From Octopus vulgaris (Eukaryota), in contig OX597831.1 in assembly GCA_951406725.2 (NCBI GenBank), forward strand, positions 4,154,001 through 4,218,000: a DNA stretch of 64,000 nucleotides. Direction: 5' to 3'. The position numbers and the translations under genes are program-made. Below the pieces are notes generated by a model. The model saw nothing but the letters and a program-made list of their open reading frames with translations, was not told the DNA's origin and searched no databases. Of this stretch, positions 13,771 through 31,041 are shown in pieces (position 1 is the first letter of the stretch; every line of letters begins with the position of its first letter).

Positions 13771-14375
13771 AGGCAATGAGCTGGCAGAGGTGTTAGCATG
13801 CCGGGCGAAATGCTTAGCGGTATTTCGTCTGCCGCTACGTTTTGAGTTCAAATTCCGCCGAGGTCGACTTAGCCTTTCATCCTTTCGGGGTCGATTAAAT
13901 AAGTACCAGTTACGCACTAGGGGTCGATATAATCGACTTAATCCGTTTGTCTGTCCTTGTTTGTCCTCTCTGTGTTTAGCCCCTTGTGGGTAGTAAAGAA
14001 ATAGGTATTTCATCTGTCTTTATGTTCTGAGTTCAAATTCCGCCGAGGTCGACTTTGTCTTTCATCCTTTCGGGGTCGATTAAATAAGTACCAGTTACGC
14101 ACTGGGGTCGATGTAATCGACTTAATCTGTTTGTCTGTCCTTGTTTGTCCTCTCTGTGTTTAGTCCCTTGTGGGTAGTAAAGAAATAGGTATTTCATCTG
14201 CCTTTACGTTACGAGTTCAAATTCCACCGAGGTCGACTTTGTCTTTCATCCTTTCATGGTCGATTAAATAAGTACCAGTTACGCACTGGGGTCGATGTAA
14301 TTGACTTAATCTCCTTGTCTGTCCATGTTTGTCCCCTCTATGTCTAGCCCCTTGCGAGCAATAAAGAAATAAGAA
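13771..14375 (+). mobile_element. SINE family B tandem trimer (one full unit plus two headless units, 184-bp period)
   Basis: Units start at 13771, 14004 and 14188; the junction AAAGAAATA|GGTATTTC occurs twice. Confidence 0.9.
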
Positions 14376-14388
14376 TCATTAACATACC

Positions 14389-14794
14389 AGGCGCAAGAGT
14401 GGCTGTGTGGTAAGTAGCTTGTTTACCAACCACATGGTTCCGGGTTCAATCCCACTGCGTGGCACCTTGGGCAAGTGTCTTCTACTATAGCCTCGGGCCG
14501 ACCAATGCCTTGTGAGTGGATTTGGTAGACGGAAACTGAAAGAAGCCCGTCGTATATATGTATATATATATATATGCGTGTGTATGTGTGTTTGTGTATC
14601 TGTGTTTGTCCCCCTAGTATTGCTTGACAACCGATGCTGGTGTGTTTATGTCCCCGTCACTTAGCGGTTCGGCAAAAGAGACCGATAGAATAAGTACTGG
14701 GCTTACAAAAGAATAAGTCCCGGGGTCGAGTTGCTCGATTAAAGGCGGTGCTCCAGCATGGCCGCAGTCAAATGATTGAAACAAGTAAAAGAGT
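14389..14794 (+). mobile_element. SINE family A inserted into the head of a family B copy (B resumes at 14795-14950)
   Basis: ATACCAGG duplicated on both sides; the B sequence resumes with CAAAATGCTTAGCGGCAT. Confidence 0.88.
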
Positions 14795-15269
14795 ATACCA
14801 GGCAAAATGCTTAGCGGCATCTCGTTCGTCTCGATGTTCTGATTTCAAATTTCGCCGAGGTTCACTTTACCTTTAATCCCTTTGGGGTCGATGATGTCGA
14901 CTTACCCACTACCCCAAGTAGCTGGCCTTGGGTCACAATTTGAAACTAATATGAGAATCAAAGTCAAAATCGGTTTTATAGACTTACTACTTCTCAACGA
15001 ACCGGCCCATAATATCAGTGCTAAAATGTCAAAAGTTGTGGAGAATGCGTATGAAGACGTATTAGTAGCAGTATGGAGCCAGCCAAACTCTCACTGCATA
15101 TTGATGTCATTCAGTGTGCAGCATAGAGACAGCCTGCAGTTGTTGCTCTCACTGCCAACATAAACTGCCTGCAGTATTGTTCTGTGAGCTGTGGTGAACG
15201 TTCCTGCGTTGCCATTGTCTGATTCTGGAACAATTGAGAATGTTGACGCTGTCAGGCTGTTTCTCTTAC

Positions 15270-19430
<4,161 letters not shown>

Positions 19431-19892
19431 TTATATAAAGATATGTATACATATGTGTATATCAAATACAGGTACACTAATGTGCAACACTACGTACAGA
19501 TCACACTGAAAGAACCCCATCGAAAATAAAAGATGATTGCCATGGTTGGAACCTCTCTCATGTCAGGTCAGATGTTAAAAATTAAGGACAATAAAATGAA
19601 TAAAAAAAAACTCGAGATAAAAATAGAGACTCTTTTCTTGTCGATGTGCATGCAAGAAAAGCCAGTCAAATCCCCGAAATCTGAAACGCTACCCATCTTA
19701 AAATGTCAGGACACTTTGATCCACGTAGCTATAGAGAGATGAGGTGCAGGTCTGGATAAAGAAACACAGTTTGCAACCATGCGTCCTGTGTTCAGTCTCA
19801 CTGCTCGGCACCTTGGGTAAGAGTCTTCTACTATAGCTCCGGGTCAAATATTGACAGGGGAAGCCCTTCGTATACATGCATACATACATGCA

Positions 19893-19944
<52 letters not shown>

Positions 19945-19946
<2 letters not shown>

Positions 19947-20169
19947 AAAAAATGTGACCTCGTGTGTATCATTGGCGATTTTTTTTCCTCTGTCTTCCCT
20001 TCTCTGGGTCTTTCCGATTTTTTTCCTCTGTCTTCCTATGTTTCCGACGAAGAGCTCCGCTCGAAACGTTAAACCCTCCTTCTTTCCTTCTTTCCTGAGC
20101 GTCCAATAATACTATATTTGTTCCACGTCCTCGCGTTGTTGTGTTTTTTTAGTGCTTTCTTGTTTGGGT

Positions 20170-20173
<4 letters not shown>
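19945..20173 (+). mobile_element. PLE terminal-repeat / retrozyme-like segment with hammerhead, flanked by (TA)n
   Basis: Related to 2620-2885; ends GGGTTAAC(TA)n. Confidence 0.6.
20040..20074 (+). ncRNA. Minimal type I hammerhead motif (U4->C variant)
   Basis: GTTT-CCGACGA-A-GAGC(TCC)GCTC-GAAAC-GTT-AAAC: stem I GTTT/AAAC, palindromic AACGTT stem III. Confidence 0.65.
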
Positions 20174-20246
<73 letters not shown>

Positions 20247-20259
20247 TGTGTGTGTGTGC

Positions 20260-20304
<45 letters not shown>

Positions 20305-20554
20305 CATATATATATATGTTTATATATAATAAATTAATAAATAAAATATATGCATATATACATACATATATGTACGTACCTAACTCAACATGTATGCATA
20401 TATGGGTACAGGATACCAAAAAAAACGTCCAACACAATGAGAAACGAAAACATAAACACAAAACCAAGGAAATGGACGTTTTCTTAAAAAACGAAAAAAT
20501 AGAGTACAGGCACACACACACACACACACACAGGGAAGCCCTTCGTATACATAC

Positions 20555-20652
<98 letters not shown>

Positions 20653-20901
20653 ATATATATATATGTGTGTGTATGTGTGAGTGTGTGTCTTTGTGCCGTT
20701 TGATAACCGGTGTTGGTGTGTTTGCGTTCCCGTATTTTAGCTGTTTCGCAAAATAAGGCTTAAAAAGAAGTTCTGGCGACGATTTGGCCGACTAAAATCG
20801 TTCTAGGCGTGGCTCCAGTATGGCTGAAATCTAATGAGTGAAATAAGTAAAAAATAAAAGTTAAAAGATGTGTGTGTGGTGTATGTGTGTGTGTGTGTGT
20901 G

Positions 20902-20932
<31 letters not shown>

Positions 20933-21420
20933 ATGTGTACATATGTGTATAATGTTTATGTATTTTATATTCTTTGTATATGTATTGCCACCTTTCCTCA
21001 ACCTGTTGGTTGATCGATATTTGATGTGTGATGGTCTGCATTCGACTATTGTCACACAGAGCACCAGTACAAGCTATGCATTCTAGTTAGAGAAAGTTGG
21101 GTTTGTCCAGTACAATTAAATTCCACTTGAAACAAACCCATAGGGACAACATAAGGACAAATCAAATCTCCCGGCGATGAAGTGATAGCGACGAGAGACA
21201 GGTGGAGAAAATCACTGGAGGTTTCTAACTTGAGCATTGTACGTACGGTGGTAATAAGTAGGTGGATGTTCTGTGAAACTTGTGAACAATTTCAATGTCC
21301 GTATCCTTTAAAATGAAAGGTGGTAGAGAAATAAATATGAGTCTAGACGTTTGTTCCGTTACGAATCGTTACGAATCGTTACGAATCCCTTTCCTTCCTA
21401 CATTCCCACTGAAATATATA

Positions 21421-21834
21421 CTCTTTTACTCTTTTACTTGTTTCAGTCATTTGACTGCGGCCATGCTGGAGCACCGCCTTTAATCGAGCAACTCGACCCC
21501 GGAACTTATTCTTTTGTAAGCCCAGTACTTATTCTATCAGTCTCTTTTGCCGAACCGCTAAGTGACGGGGACATAAACACACCAGCATCGGTTGTCAAGC
21601 AATGCTATGGGGACAAACACAGACACACAAACACACACACGCATACAGATATATATATATACATATATACGACGGGCTTCTTTCAGTTTCCGTCTACCAA
21701 ATCCACTCACAAGGCCCTTGGTCGGCCCGAGGCTATAGTAGAAGACACTTGCCCAAGGTGCCACGCAGTGGGACTGAACCCGGAACCATGTGGTTGGTAG
21801 ACAGGCTACTTACCACACAGTCACTCCTGCGCCT
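21421..21834 (-). mobile_element. SINE family A, full length
   Basis: Family A head through tail. Confidence 0.92.
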
Positions 21835-22257
21835 ATATATTTTATTATTTTTAAAATAATTAAAAATATATCACATTTCAAACTAATTTCGTTTATTACT
21901 TTAAGATGATGAGCTGCTTAAAAATTGTCAGTGAAATTTTAGAATCTTTGTGTTTCTATCGGCATTTTACTCATAGCCTAAGTTTAATTTGAAAATATAT
22001 TTCCTTTAAAATACCAAGTTCTTTTCTGTCACTTACAAAAAAAAAAATAAAATAAAATAAAAAAAACGATGTGAAGCTTTGGTATCGACAATTATATCTT
22101 TTGGTCTATTGATATCGATATATATATATATGAATTTTTTGCATAATGAGTTAAAAAGCCAAGGCTGTATAGATATTAGAGCATCGCACTTAATCAGCAT
22201 TACCTGACACCTTTGGGTCTCAATGACACCACTATCTCTTATTACCTCTACTTCTCG

Positions 22258-22320
<63 letters not shown>

Positions 22321-22624
22321 TCAAAATCAGGCACACACATACGGCACACATAGTAATGTGCCAGGTACCATAAGTTTCTACAGAAAGCTTTTTCTACCTC
22401 ATATTGTAACTGATAAATTTCTGTTGATCTCATTTTAACTTCTTTGTCACACTTCTAATGTCTACTTGATGAAGTATTATCGTTGCTACATCATCTTAAA
22501 ATTAATTTAAATGATTATTTTGAATGGATATATTTGGCCACAAATGATTGAAAAAGAGATTGGCACCATATGTAATGTGCCAGGTACCATGGGGTTTCTA
22601 CAGAAAGCTTTTTCTACCTCATCA

Positions 22625-23240
22625 GTACCTCTCGGTCAAAGATTTCTCGCCACGAAGCACCATCTTGGACAAACAATAATCCTCTATCCCGGTTGCGTGT
22701 TCTGTCTAGCGTGGCTGTGTCAACGGTATGGCATTGATGCTATAATCAGCATTGAAGTCTTGGAACAAATGGTTGTTATTAGCATAACAACCATTTGTTC
22801 CAAAACTTCAATGCTGATTATAAATTTTCTCCTGGGGATAATGGTGCGGAAATGGTCAAGGAATCACAAGCGGTGAGAGTAAGTAAACTGCAACTTAGAG
22901 GTTGGTTTTTACAAGGGCTCTATACACGCTGGCCCTTGTACCTTTCCGCTCTTGCTTTTCGTTTCAAACTTTTCTACAGCCTGTCGAATGCGTAGCTCAC
23001 ATTTGCTGAACTTTCGTCAAATTCTGTGTCGATCTAAGGAGATGCTGTATGACATGTTAGACTATTCAACTGGCTTCAATTTTACTTCACCGATGGTGAA
23101 TAAGGCAGTGTGCTAGTCTTCTTGATGAGTACTGAAAAGTGACTTCTTGTAGCTAATTTTATCCCCCGACAGCAAGGTCTGGAGGACACCATTCACCAGT
23201 CTATCTCCTTTGTCGTGATGCACATATATCTGATCCTGAG
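22625..23240 (-). mobile_element. Decayed RTE-clade LINE, C-terminal part of RT
   Basis: Broken frames KISYKKS, FTIGEVKLKPVE, SANVSYAFDRL*K, RASVYRALV, ISIEVLEQ and LSKMVLRGE resemble the RTE motifs KAS.AFGRL, TK..VYRA.V and NIEVLE. Confidence 0.6.
22741..22822. repeat. Near-perfect palindrome, 39-bp arms, 4-nt loop
   Basis: TATAATCAGCATTGAAGTCTTGGAACAAATGGTTGTTAT-TAGC-reverse complement, with one mismatch. Confidence 0.95.
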
Positions 23241-23327
23241 AACAAAAGATTGGAAAGAAAACTATAACATGGCGTTACTAATCCCAAAATTCCTTTGCTG
23301 CCGTTGTGGTCGGGCCCACATGTCACT

Positions 23328-24053
<726 letters not shown>

Positions 24054-24707
24054 TTTTGGCCAGTCTCTACTAAGCTTGTAACTGACGTGAACACCTATCT
24101 TACTGAATCTTTGCTCGTGGAGCCAAGATATGAAATAAGTGTGTGGGATAATTAACTGTTTAATCTATTATTCTAATCTGTATTCACTGCAAAAATCAAC
24201 CATCACTACCGAATGTTCTTTCAAAACTATTTATCTTGTTATATAAAACTATACATTAAATGTATAAAAATATTCCAGATTGCATTTTTAAACAGCCATA
24301 TTTTTATAGAAAGGAAAAATTAAAAGAACCATATATTATGAATATCGTACATTTTATTTCAAAACGCCCATATATTTACAAAAGTCACATTTTTATTTTA
24401 AAACAATCATATATTTATTTTAAAACAAAAGAATCCAAAACTGAAGGAAAAAAATAACTCGCTATTCACTATCTCTCACTAGAACATTAAATCTATTAGT
24501 GTAGTGTTAGTCTTGTGATTCCATCCAACAGTTTTGTTGGTGGGAACATAATCTTTTATTTCTTCCTTCTTTAAATATTTGTGGAAAAATTATCATTTCA
24601 CGTTTTTATCTCGAAAATTTTGTTGCAGATGTATTCTTGTTTTTTTTTTTTTTTTTTTTGGCAAACATTAACCCCGAATACAGTCCTTAATATATTAACC
24701 TGAATAC

Positions 24708-24910
24708 AAGGTGGCAAGCAAGTAGAATTGTTAGTACTTCGGGAAAAAATGCTTAGCGGAATTTTGTTAGTGTTTACATTCTGAGTTCAAATTCCGTGGC
24801 GGTCGACATTGCCTTTCAGCACTTTCGGGGTCGATAAGTACCAATTGAGTACTGGCATCGATGTAATCAATATCCCACCTCCCCAGAACTTGCTGGCTTT
24901 GTGCCATAAT
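24708..24910 (+). mobile_element. SINE family B, older variant
   Basis: AAGGTGGCAAGC head, GAGTTCAAATTCC B box, central domain. Confidence 0.75.
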
Positions 24911-25073
24911 TTTTTGGCCCAAATTTTGTCGAATGAATCGATCCAGTACTTTAGTTTTAAAGCCTGGTACTTATTGTATCGATTTTTTGCCAACCACTAA
25001 GTAAAAAGGACTTAAACAACACTGATTGTCAAGCGGTGGTGGGGGACAAACGCAGCCACACACACATCTATCC

Positions 25074-25636
<563 letters not shown>

Positions 25637-25689
25637 ATATATTCATATATATATATATATATATATACATAATTATACGTGTGTGTGTG

Positions 25690-26370
25690 CCCCAAAACGT
25701 CGTTATGAACATCGCACCAGAAACAGTGCAGATGGCCTATGTGATCTATAAACTTGGATGCGAAACTGTATGTTGTAAACTTCAGGTCAATAGGTTTTAC
25801 ATTGGACTGACAAGTACAACACTATCACGCAGGCTCATAACGCACTTCCAACAAACATCTATTGCATAACATTACGCCATACACCATAAAACAAAAGTTG
25901 ATAGAAAAATGTAAGGAAATACATAATTTATAAAATTCCTCACAAAAATAGAAGACTAATTATAGAAGCTATATTCATATGGCAATACAATTCCGAAATT
26001 AACACGCAATACGCACAGCGAAAAAATTAACATGTGGTTACTGGCATTAAGAAAAAGGAAAGAAACCTGACGGTCAACATTTGACCGCGCCAAACAAGTC
26101 AATACGTGACTTCTCAAGCATGTTGTTAACGGTCGATAAATCTTTGTCAAGAAAATCAACATGAATTCAATCAGCATATGGGAACCCATAGCATCACAAA
26201 ATGTATTCAGTTAGTTCAATTCTTGATAATGAGGCTATGAAGTTCTAGAAACATCGTATACAGATTTAGGAACTCTACTGTTCCAAAGCAATTGTAAAAA
26301 GCTTAATGAGAATATATGTAGTATGTAAAAAAAAAAAGATAAAACGTTAACATAGTCGTAAATTTAATCA
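25690..26370 (+). mobile_element. Penelope-like element relic: GIY-YIG endonuclease and 3' terminal region
   Basis: VIYKLGCETVCC..FYIGLTSTTLSRRLITHFQQTSIA*H..HH ... RLIIEAIFIWQYNSEINTQ follows the GIY-YIG pattern (VIY..YIG..R..H..E..N). Confidence 0.8.
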
Positions 26371-26387
26371 TATATATATATATATAT

Positions 26388-26545
<158 letters not shown>

Positions 26546-26546
26546 G

Positions 26547-26580
<34 letters not shown>

Positions 26581-26659
26581 TGTATGTATGTATGTATGTA
26601 TATATGCGCGTGGCGTGAGTGTGTGCACGCATACATATATAGATATCTGTATTCGTAAC

Positions 26660-27080
26660 AGATTCTTTGTAGGTTATGCCGTCCTTTGACTCTATGAAAA
26701 TAACCTCTGCTAGTTTCGAATTCATTATGATTATCTTTTGTTTTCTTCTTTCTTCTGCATGTCTGAAGATGTATCTTTTTTTTTCCCATTATATAACAAG
26801 TCGGATTAATGGCATTTCACGTTGGGTTTCGTCTTCCCCCTCATACAGAACGCATATTTTCCAATTATTCCCCAAATTTACCTCTTTGAACAAGTCACTG
26901 TTTTTGCTGATCACAGCGGCAGAAAATTCTATTTCGTTCTCATTTTTCATAATGGCGCTTATCGTTGCTCTGGCTAAGTTTAAAGACTTAACCACAAACG
27001 TCTGATGTCCGCCAGTTTCCAGCTGCATCAATACTTGCAATTTTGCATCTAGAATGGTGTTTATTCCTTGGTAACTTTAT
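26660..27080 (-). mobile_element. Tigger/pogo (CENP-B-like) transposase N-terminal relic
   Basis: ILDAKLQVLMQLETGGHQ..SLNLARATISAIMKN (HTH-psq like), [10 protein letters not shown] and [17 protein letters not shown] (HTH_Tnp_Tc5 like), with frameshifts. Confidence 0.8.
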
Positions 27081-27573
27081 CTCTGGTAGAAAGTTCTGAC
27101 GATGATATTTTCTCTTCATCCTGGTGTTATATTCCCCAGTTCCCGCTTCTTCTAAAAGGTTTCATAAAAGGAAACACTTCCATGCATTCCTAAAGTACTA
27201 CTGGAATTAGTCGTATGGATTTATACGTGTATGTATGTTTTTATATGTGCATTTTTATACATGTATGCGTTTGTGTGTGTGTGTGCATATAAGCATCTAA
27301 ATATGTACAACGCACGTGTCCTCACACTCACATATACAAACACACACATACACACCAAGGCACAAAATAACGTGTGTACGTGTGTACATGCTTAAAGGAT
27401 AAGCGACAACAGCTCTTTCACAAAATTTAGGGTGAGAATGGTGTTATTTTGCTTCTATAACCTACTTAGTTACCTATTTCGAGGCACTTCGTCTTCTGCA
27501 CATGTGCTCTGCAATTACTTGAAAGCTTTATGGGAAAGTCAATTCTCTATATTGTATATGTATGTATGTATGT

Positions 27574-27802
27574 ACTTTACTTATCTTTTACCTGTTTCAG
27601 TCATTTGACTGCGGTCATGCAGGAGCACCGCCTTTAGTCGAGCAAATCGACCCCAAGACTTATTCTTTGTAAGCCCAGTACTTATTTTATCGGTCTCTTT
27701 TGCCGAACCGCTAAGTGACGGGGACGTAAACACACCAGCATTGGTTGTCAAGCAATTCTAGGGGGACAATCACAGACACACACACATACACGCACACACA
27801 CA

Positions 27803-27850
<48 letters not shown>

Positions 27851-28014
27851 TACGACGGGCTTCTTTCAGTTTCCGTCTACCAAATCCACTCACAAGGTTT
27901 GGTTGGCCCGAGGCTATAGTAGAAGAAACTTGCCCAAGGTGCCACACAGTGGGACTGAGATCGGAACCATGTGGTTGGTAAGCAAGCTACTTACCACACA
28001 GCCACTCCTGCGCC
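27574..28014 (-). mobile_element. SINE family A
   Basis: Full length; first of a tandem pair. Confidence 0.92.
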
Positions 28015-28030
28015 GTATATGTATGTATGT

Positions 28031-28453
28031 ACTTTACTTTACTTTTACTTTTACTTGTTTCAGTCATTTGACTGCGGCCATGCTTGAGCACCGCCTTTAG
28101 TCGAGCAAATCGACTCCGGGATTTATTCTTTGCAAGCCCAGGACTTATTTTATCGGTCTCTTTTGCCGAACCGCTAAGTGACGGGGAAGTAAACACACCA
28201 GCATTGGTTGTCAAGCAATGCTAAGGAGACAAACACAGACACACAAACACATACACACACATACACACATATATATATATACATATATACGACAGGATTC
28301 TTTCAGTTTCTGTCTACCAAATCCACTCACAAGGCATTGGTCGGTCCGGGGCTATAGTAGAAGACACTTGCCCAAGATGCCACGCAGTGGGACTGAACCG
28401 GGAACCATGTGGTTGGTTAGCAAGCTACTTACCACACAGCCAATCCTGCGCCT
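28031..28453 (-). mobile_element. SINE family A
   Basis: Full length; second of a tandem pair. Confidence 0.92.
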
Positions 28454-28585
28454 ATGTATGCATATTTATTTATGAGTTTAAAGGGAAATATAATTCTGGT
28501 GGTTTCCGTGTTTCCTCTTAAATTGGTTTCAGATACTGGCTAACCGCAACGGTCCGTTAGTGATACCCGAGATAACAATAAGTTG

Positions 28586-28659
28586 CTGGACTCTCAATGA
28601 CACCAGGATGCATACCTAACATTGTGCAGTAAATGTGGTTGAAACGCGCGTAGGTCCAG
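28586..28659 (+). ncRNA. Degenerate type I hammerhead motif with palindromic stem III
   Basis: CTGGAC(T)..CTCAATGA-C-ACCA...TGGT-T-GAAAC-GCGC-GTA-(G)GTCCAG: stem I CTGGAC/GTCCAG, ACGCGCGT palindrome. Confidence 0.6.
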
Positions 28660-28749
28660 AAAATAATGCTGTAAATAACTGTTCAATAAGATTATAGATA
28701 TGAAAACTCTTCGTTCTCCTTATTAATACTGTATATATTTATATAGAGT

Positions 28750-29850
28750 AACCTTGAACAACTAGAAATAGAAACTAATACTATGGAGAGCATCCAGAAA
28801 ATAGCTAACTCCATCCATCAGAGTATTAAGGTCTCGATTGACTACCCTGCGGAACACCCTAACGATAGACTACCAGTACTAGATACAGAATTCTGGCTGG
28901 AAATAGTGAATAATAAAACCCAAATCCTCCATTCACACCATGACAAACTTATGGCCTCCAAATACCCGATCCACCGGAACTCAGCTATCGTGGAGGATGC
29001 CAAATTGATGGCAGACCTCACCAGAGTAATGAGAAATATGTCCCGCATGTGCGACTCTACGGAGTTAGAAAGGCACACACAACACTTCGTCCACCGCATG
29101 CAGTTCTCAAGGTACAGCTATAGACAAAGGGTCAGAGTATATAAAGGAGCCATGAGGAAATTTGAAACTATCATACGTAACGATAGGACTGGGATTATCC
29201 CACGCTATAGGAGCAAGTCATGGAATACCATTGAAAGGACTAAGAAGAAAATATTAACAAGGCCAACTCGTGGTATGATAGCCACAAATACCAGAGTATC
29301 ATGTTTGTCGACACCACTTCTAGAGGCGAACTGGCGTACCTATTTCTTTACTGCCCACAAGGGGCTAAACACAGAGGGAACAAACAAGGACAGACAAACG
29401 GAATAAATCGATTAAATCGACCCCAGTGCGTAACTGGTACTTAATTTATCGACGCCGAAAGGATGAAAGGCAAAGTCGACCTCGGCGGAATTTGAACTCA
29501 GAACGTAATGGCAGACGAAATACGGCTACGCATTTCGCCCGGCGTGCTAACGTTTCTGCCAGCTCGCCGCCTTATCTAGGGGCGAACTGGCGTACCGCTT
29601 TAGATGGGCCCTAGACAAGCTTAAGCTAAGATTTAAGGTTGAAGAAAGGTCGGCTAACACTATCATATACTTAATCGGTAGAAACTACCTTTTAATAGAA
29701 CACTCTTTACTGATAGGAACTGTATTGTATGTAGAGTTAGTCCACAAAAAACCGTGAAGCTAAGAATGCAGACTATTGAATAAGATGTAAAGAGGGACTC
29801 TGCAGAAACAAGACAACGACGTACGTAGGAGAGACAGCACGTAGCATCTA
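28750..29850 (+). mobile_element. Penelope-like element fragment: RT C-terminal part, linker and start of GIY-YIG, interrupted by SINE B
   Basis: IANSIHQSIKVSIDYP..RLPVLD..HSHHDKLMASK..RMQFSRY..PRYRSKSW; after the SINE, GELAYRF..FKVEER..CIVC..IRCKEGLC..TYVGETARS. Confidence 0.85.
29341..29574 (-). mobile_element. SINE family B, full length, 22-bp TSD
   Basis: TCTAGAGGCGAACTGGCGTACC at 29319-29340 versus TCTAGGGGCGAACTGGCGTACC at 29575-29596. Confidence 0.93.
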
Positions 29851-30083
29851 CCAAAGCTACTCACAAGGCATTGGTCGGCTCGAGGCTAGAGTAGAAGACA
29901 CTTGCCCAAGGTGCCACGCAGTGGGACTGAACCCGGAACCACGTGGTTGGGAAGCATGCTTCTTGATGCATTAATATATATACATCTGTCCGTATCTATT
30001 TATCTATTTATATATACATATGTAAATATAGGTGTATATGTGTATAAATATGCGTGTGTATACATATATAATTATATATATAC

Positions 30084-30119
<36 letters not shown>

Positions 30120-30209
30120 GCTATATATATTTATACATCTCTCTATCTATCTCCCCCCTCCCCTCTCTCTCTCTCTCTCACCCTCTCTCTCTCTCTCTCT
30201 CTCTCATAT

Positions 30210-30600
30210 AACAAAGTAAAGTTGTGGTTACCGCACGAGTAATAATATATGGAAAATAATCTGAAAAGACAGGAATCTTTTAAAAGTCTCTATTAACTTA
30301 ACCGGTTTCACTTATTTAAAAAGATTTTCAAATGTAAAGTGTGTGGCTTTGTGCATCCTCTGTGTTGTCGAGATTTAATTTACATAAATATATTCAAAGG
30401 AAGCGATAGCGTCTTTGACAATGATAAGAAAACGTTTGAGACTTTGTGTATCCTCTGGGATGAGTTAAAGATAGTTTACATAAAAACATTTAGATCAGGT
30501 GATAAATCTTTTTTTATAATGATAAAAAGATAAAAATCAGCTTACGTAAATGTATTCAAATCAAGTAATAGAGTTTTTGACAAGAAAATAAAACGTATCT
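30210..30600 (-). mobile_element. Probable PLE terminal-repeat relic with three imperfect internal repeats
   Basis: Minus strand TTGAAAATCTT...AAGTGAAACCGGTT is a hammerhead-like remnant with an AACCGGTT palindrome; TTAC.TAAA....TT.A.A....G..ATA recurs three times. Confidence 0.4.
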
Positions 30601-30737
30601 GTTTTGTCAGTCAGTGGGTGCTAAAGTTTTAGTCTCACTATGATCAGAAACCATAGTTGGTTGCAGCATCTTAAATAGAAAAAAAAATAGTAATAATAAA
30701 TCTTAGAGCGAGTTATAAACAGTAGTTGCAATACATC

Positions 30738-31041
30738 GTGACGTATATTTGCCATTTAAATATGGCTAATCCCTAAGGGTGGATGCTACTGTAGTTTGTA
30801 GCCCCATGAGGACACCTCCTCCAGCTGGCTATAGACACACTTTCTGTGCCCTATCAGTATTTGCATGTGTCCGTGTGTATCATAAGTTGGAGACGGGAAG
30901 GATGACTTCCCTTTGCAAATACTGATAGGGCACAGAAAGTGTGTCTATAGCAAAGCTGGAGGAGGTGTCCTCCTGGGGCTACAAACTACAGTAGCATCCA
31001 CCCTTAGGGTTAGCCATATTTAAGTGGCAAATATACGTCAC
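30738..31041. mobile_element. MITE / foldback element with 128-bp inverted arms
   Basis: 30738-30865 is the near-perfect reverse complement of 30914-31041; 48-bp spacer; termini GTGACG...CGTCAC. Confidence 0.88.

Larger units (their letters stand above)
19742..20867 (+). mobile_element. Degenerate SINE family A split by PLE-type segments
   Basis: Head at 19742-19877 and remainder at 20530-20867; ACAGGG(G)AAGCCCTTCGTATACAT is duplicated at 19854 and 20530. Confidence 0.65.

Noticed and set aside
14985-15265. Unique island with possible exon or ORF
   Set aside because: No consistent splice pair and no recognisable peptide.
21358-21387. GTTACGAATC x3
   Set aside because: Simple local tandem repeat without spacers; not CRISPR-like.
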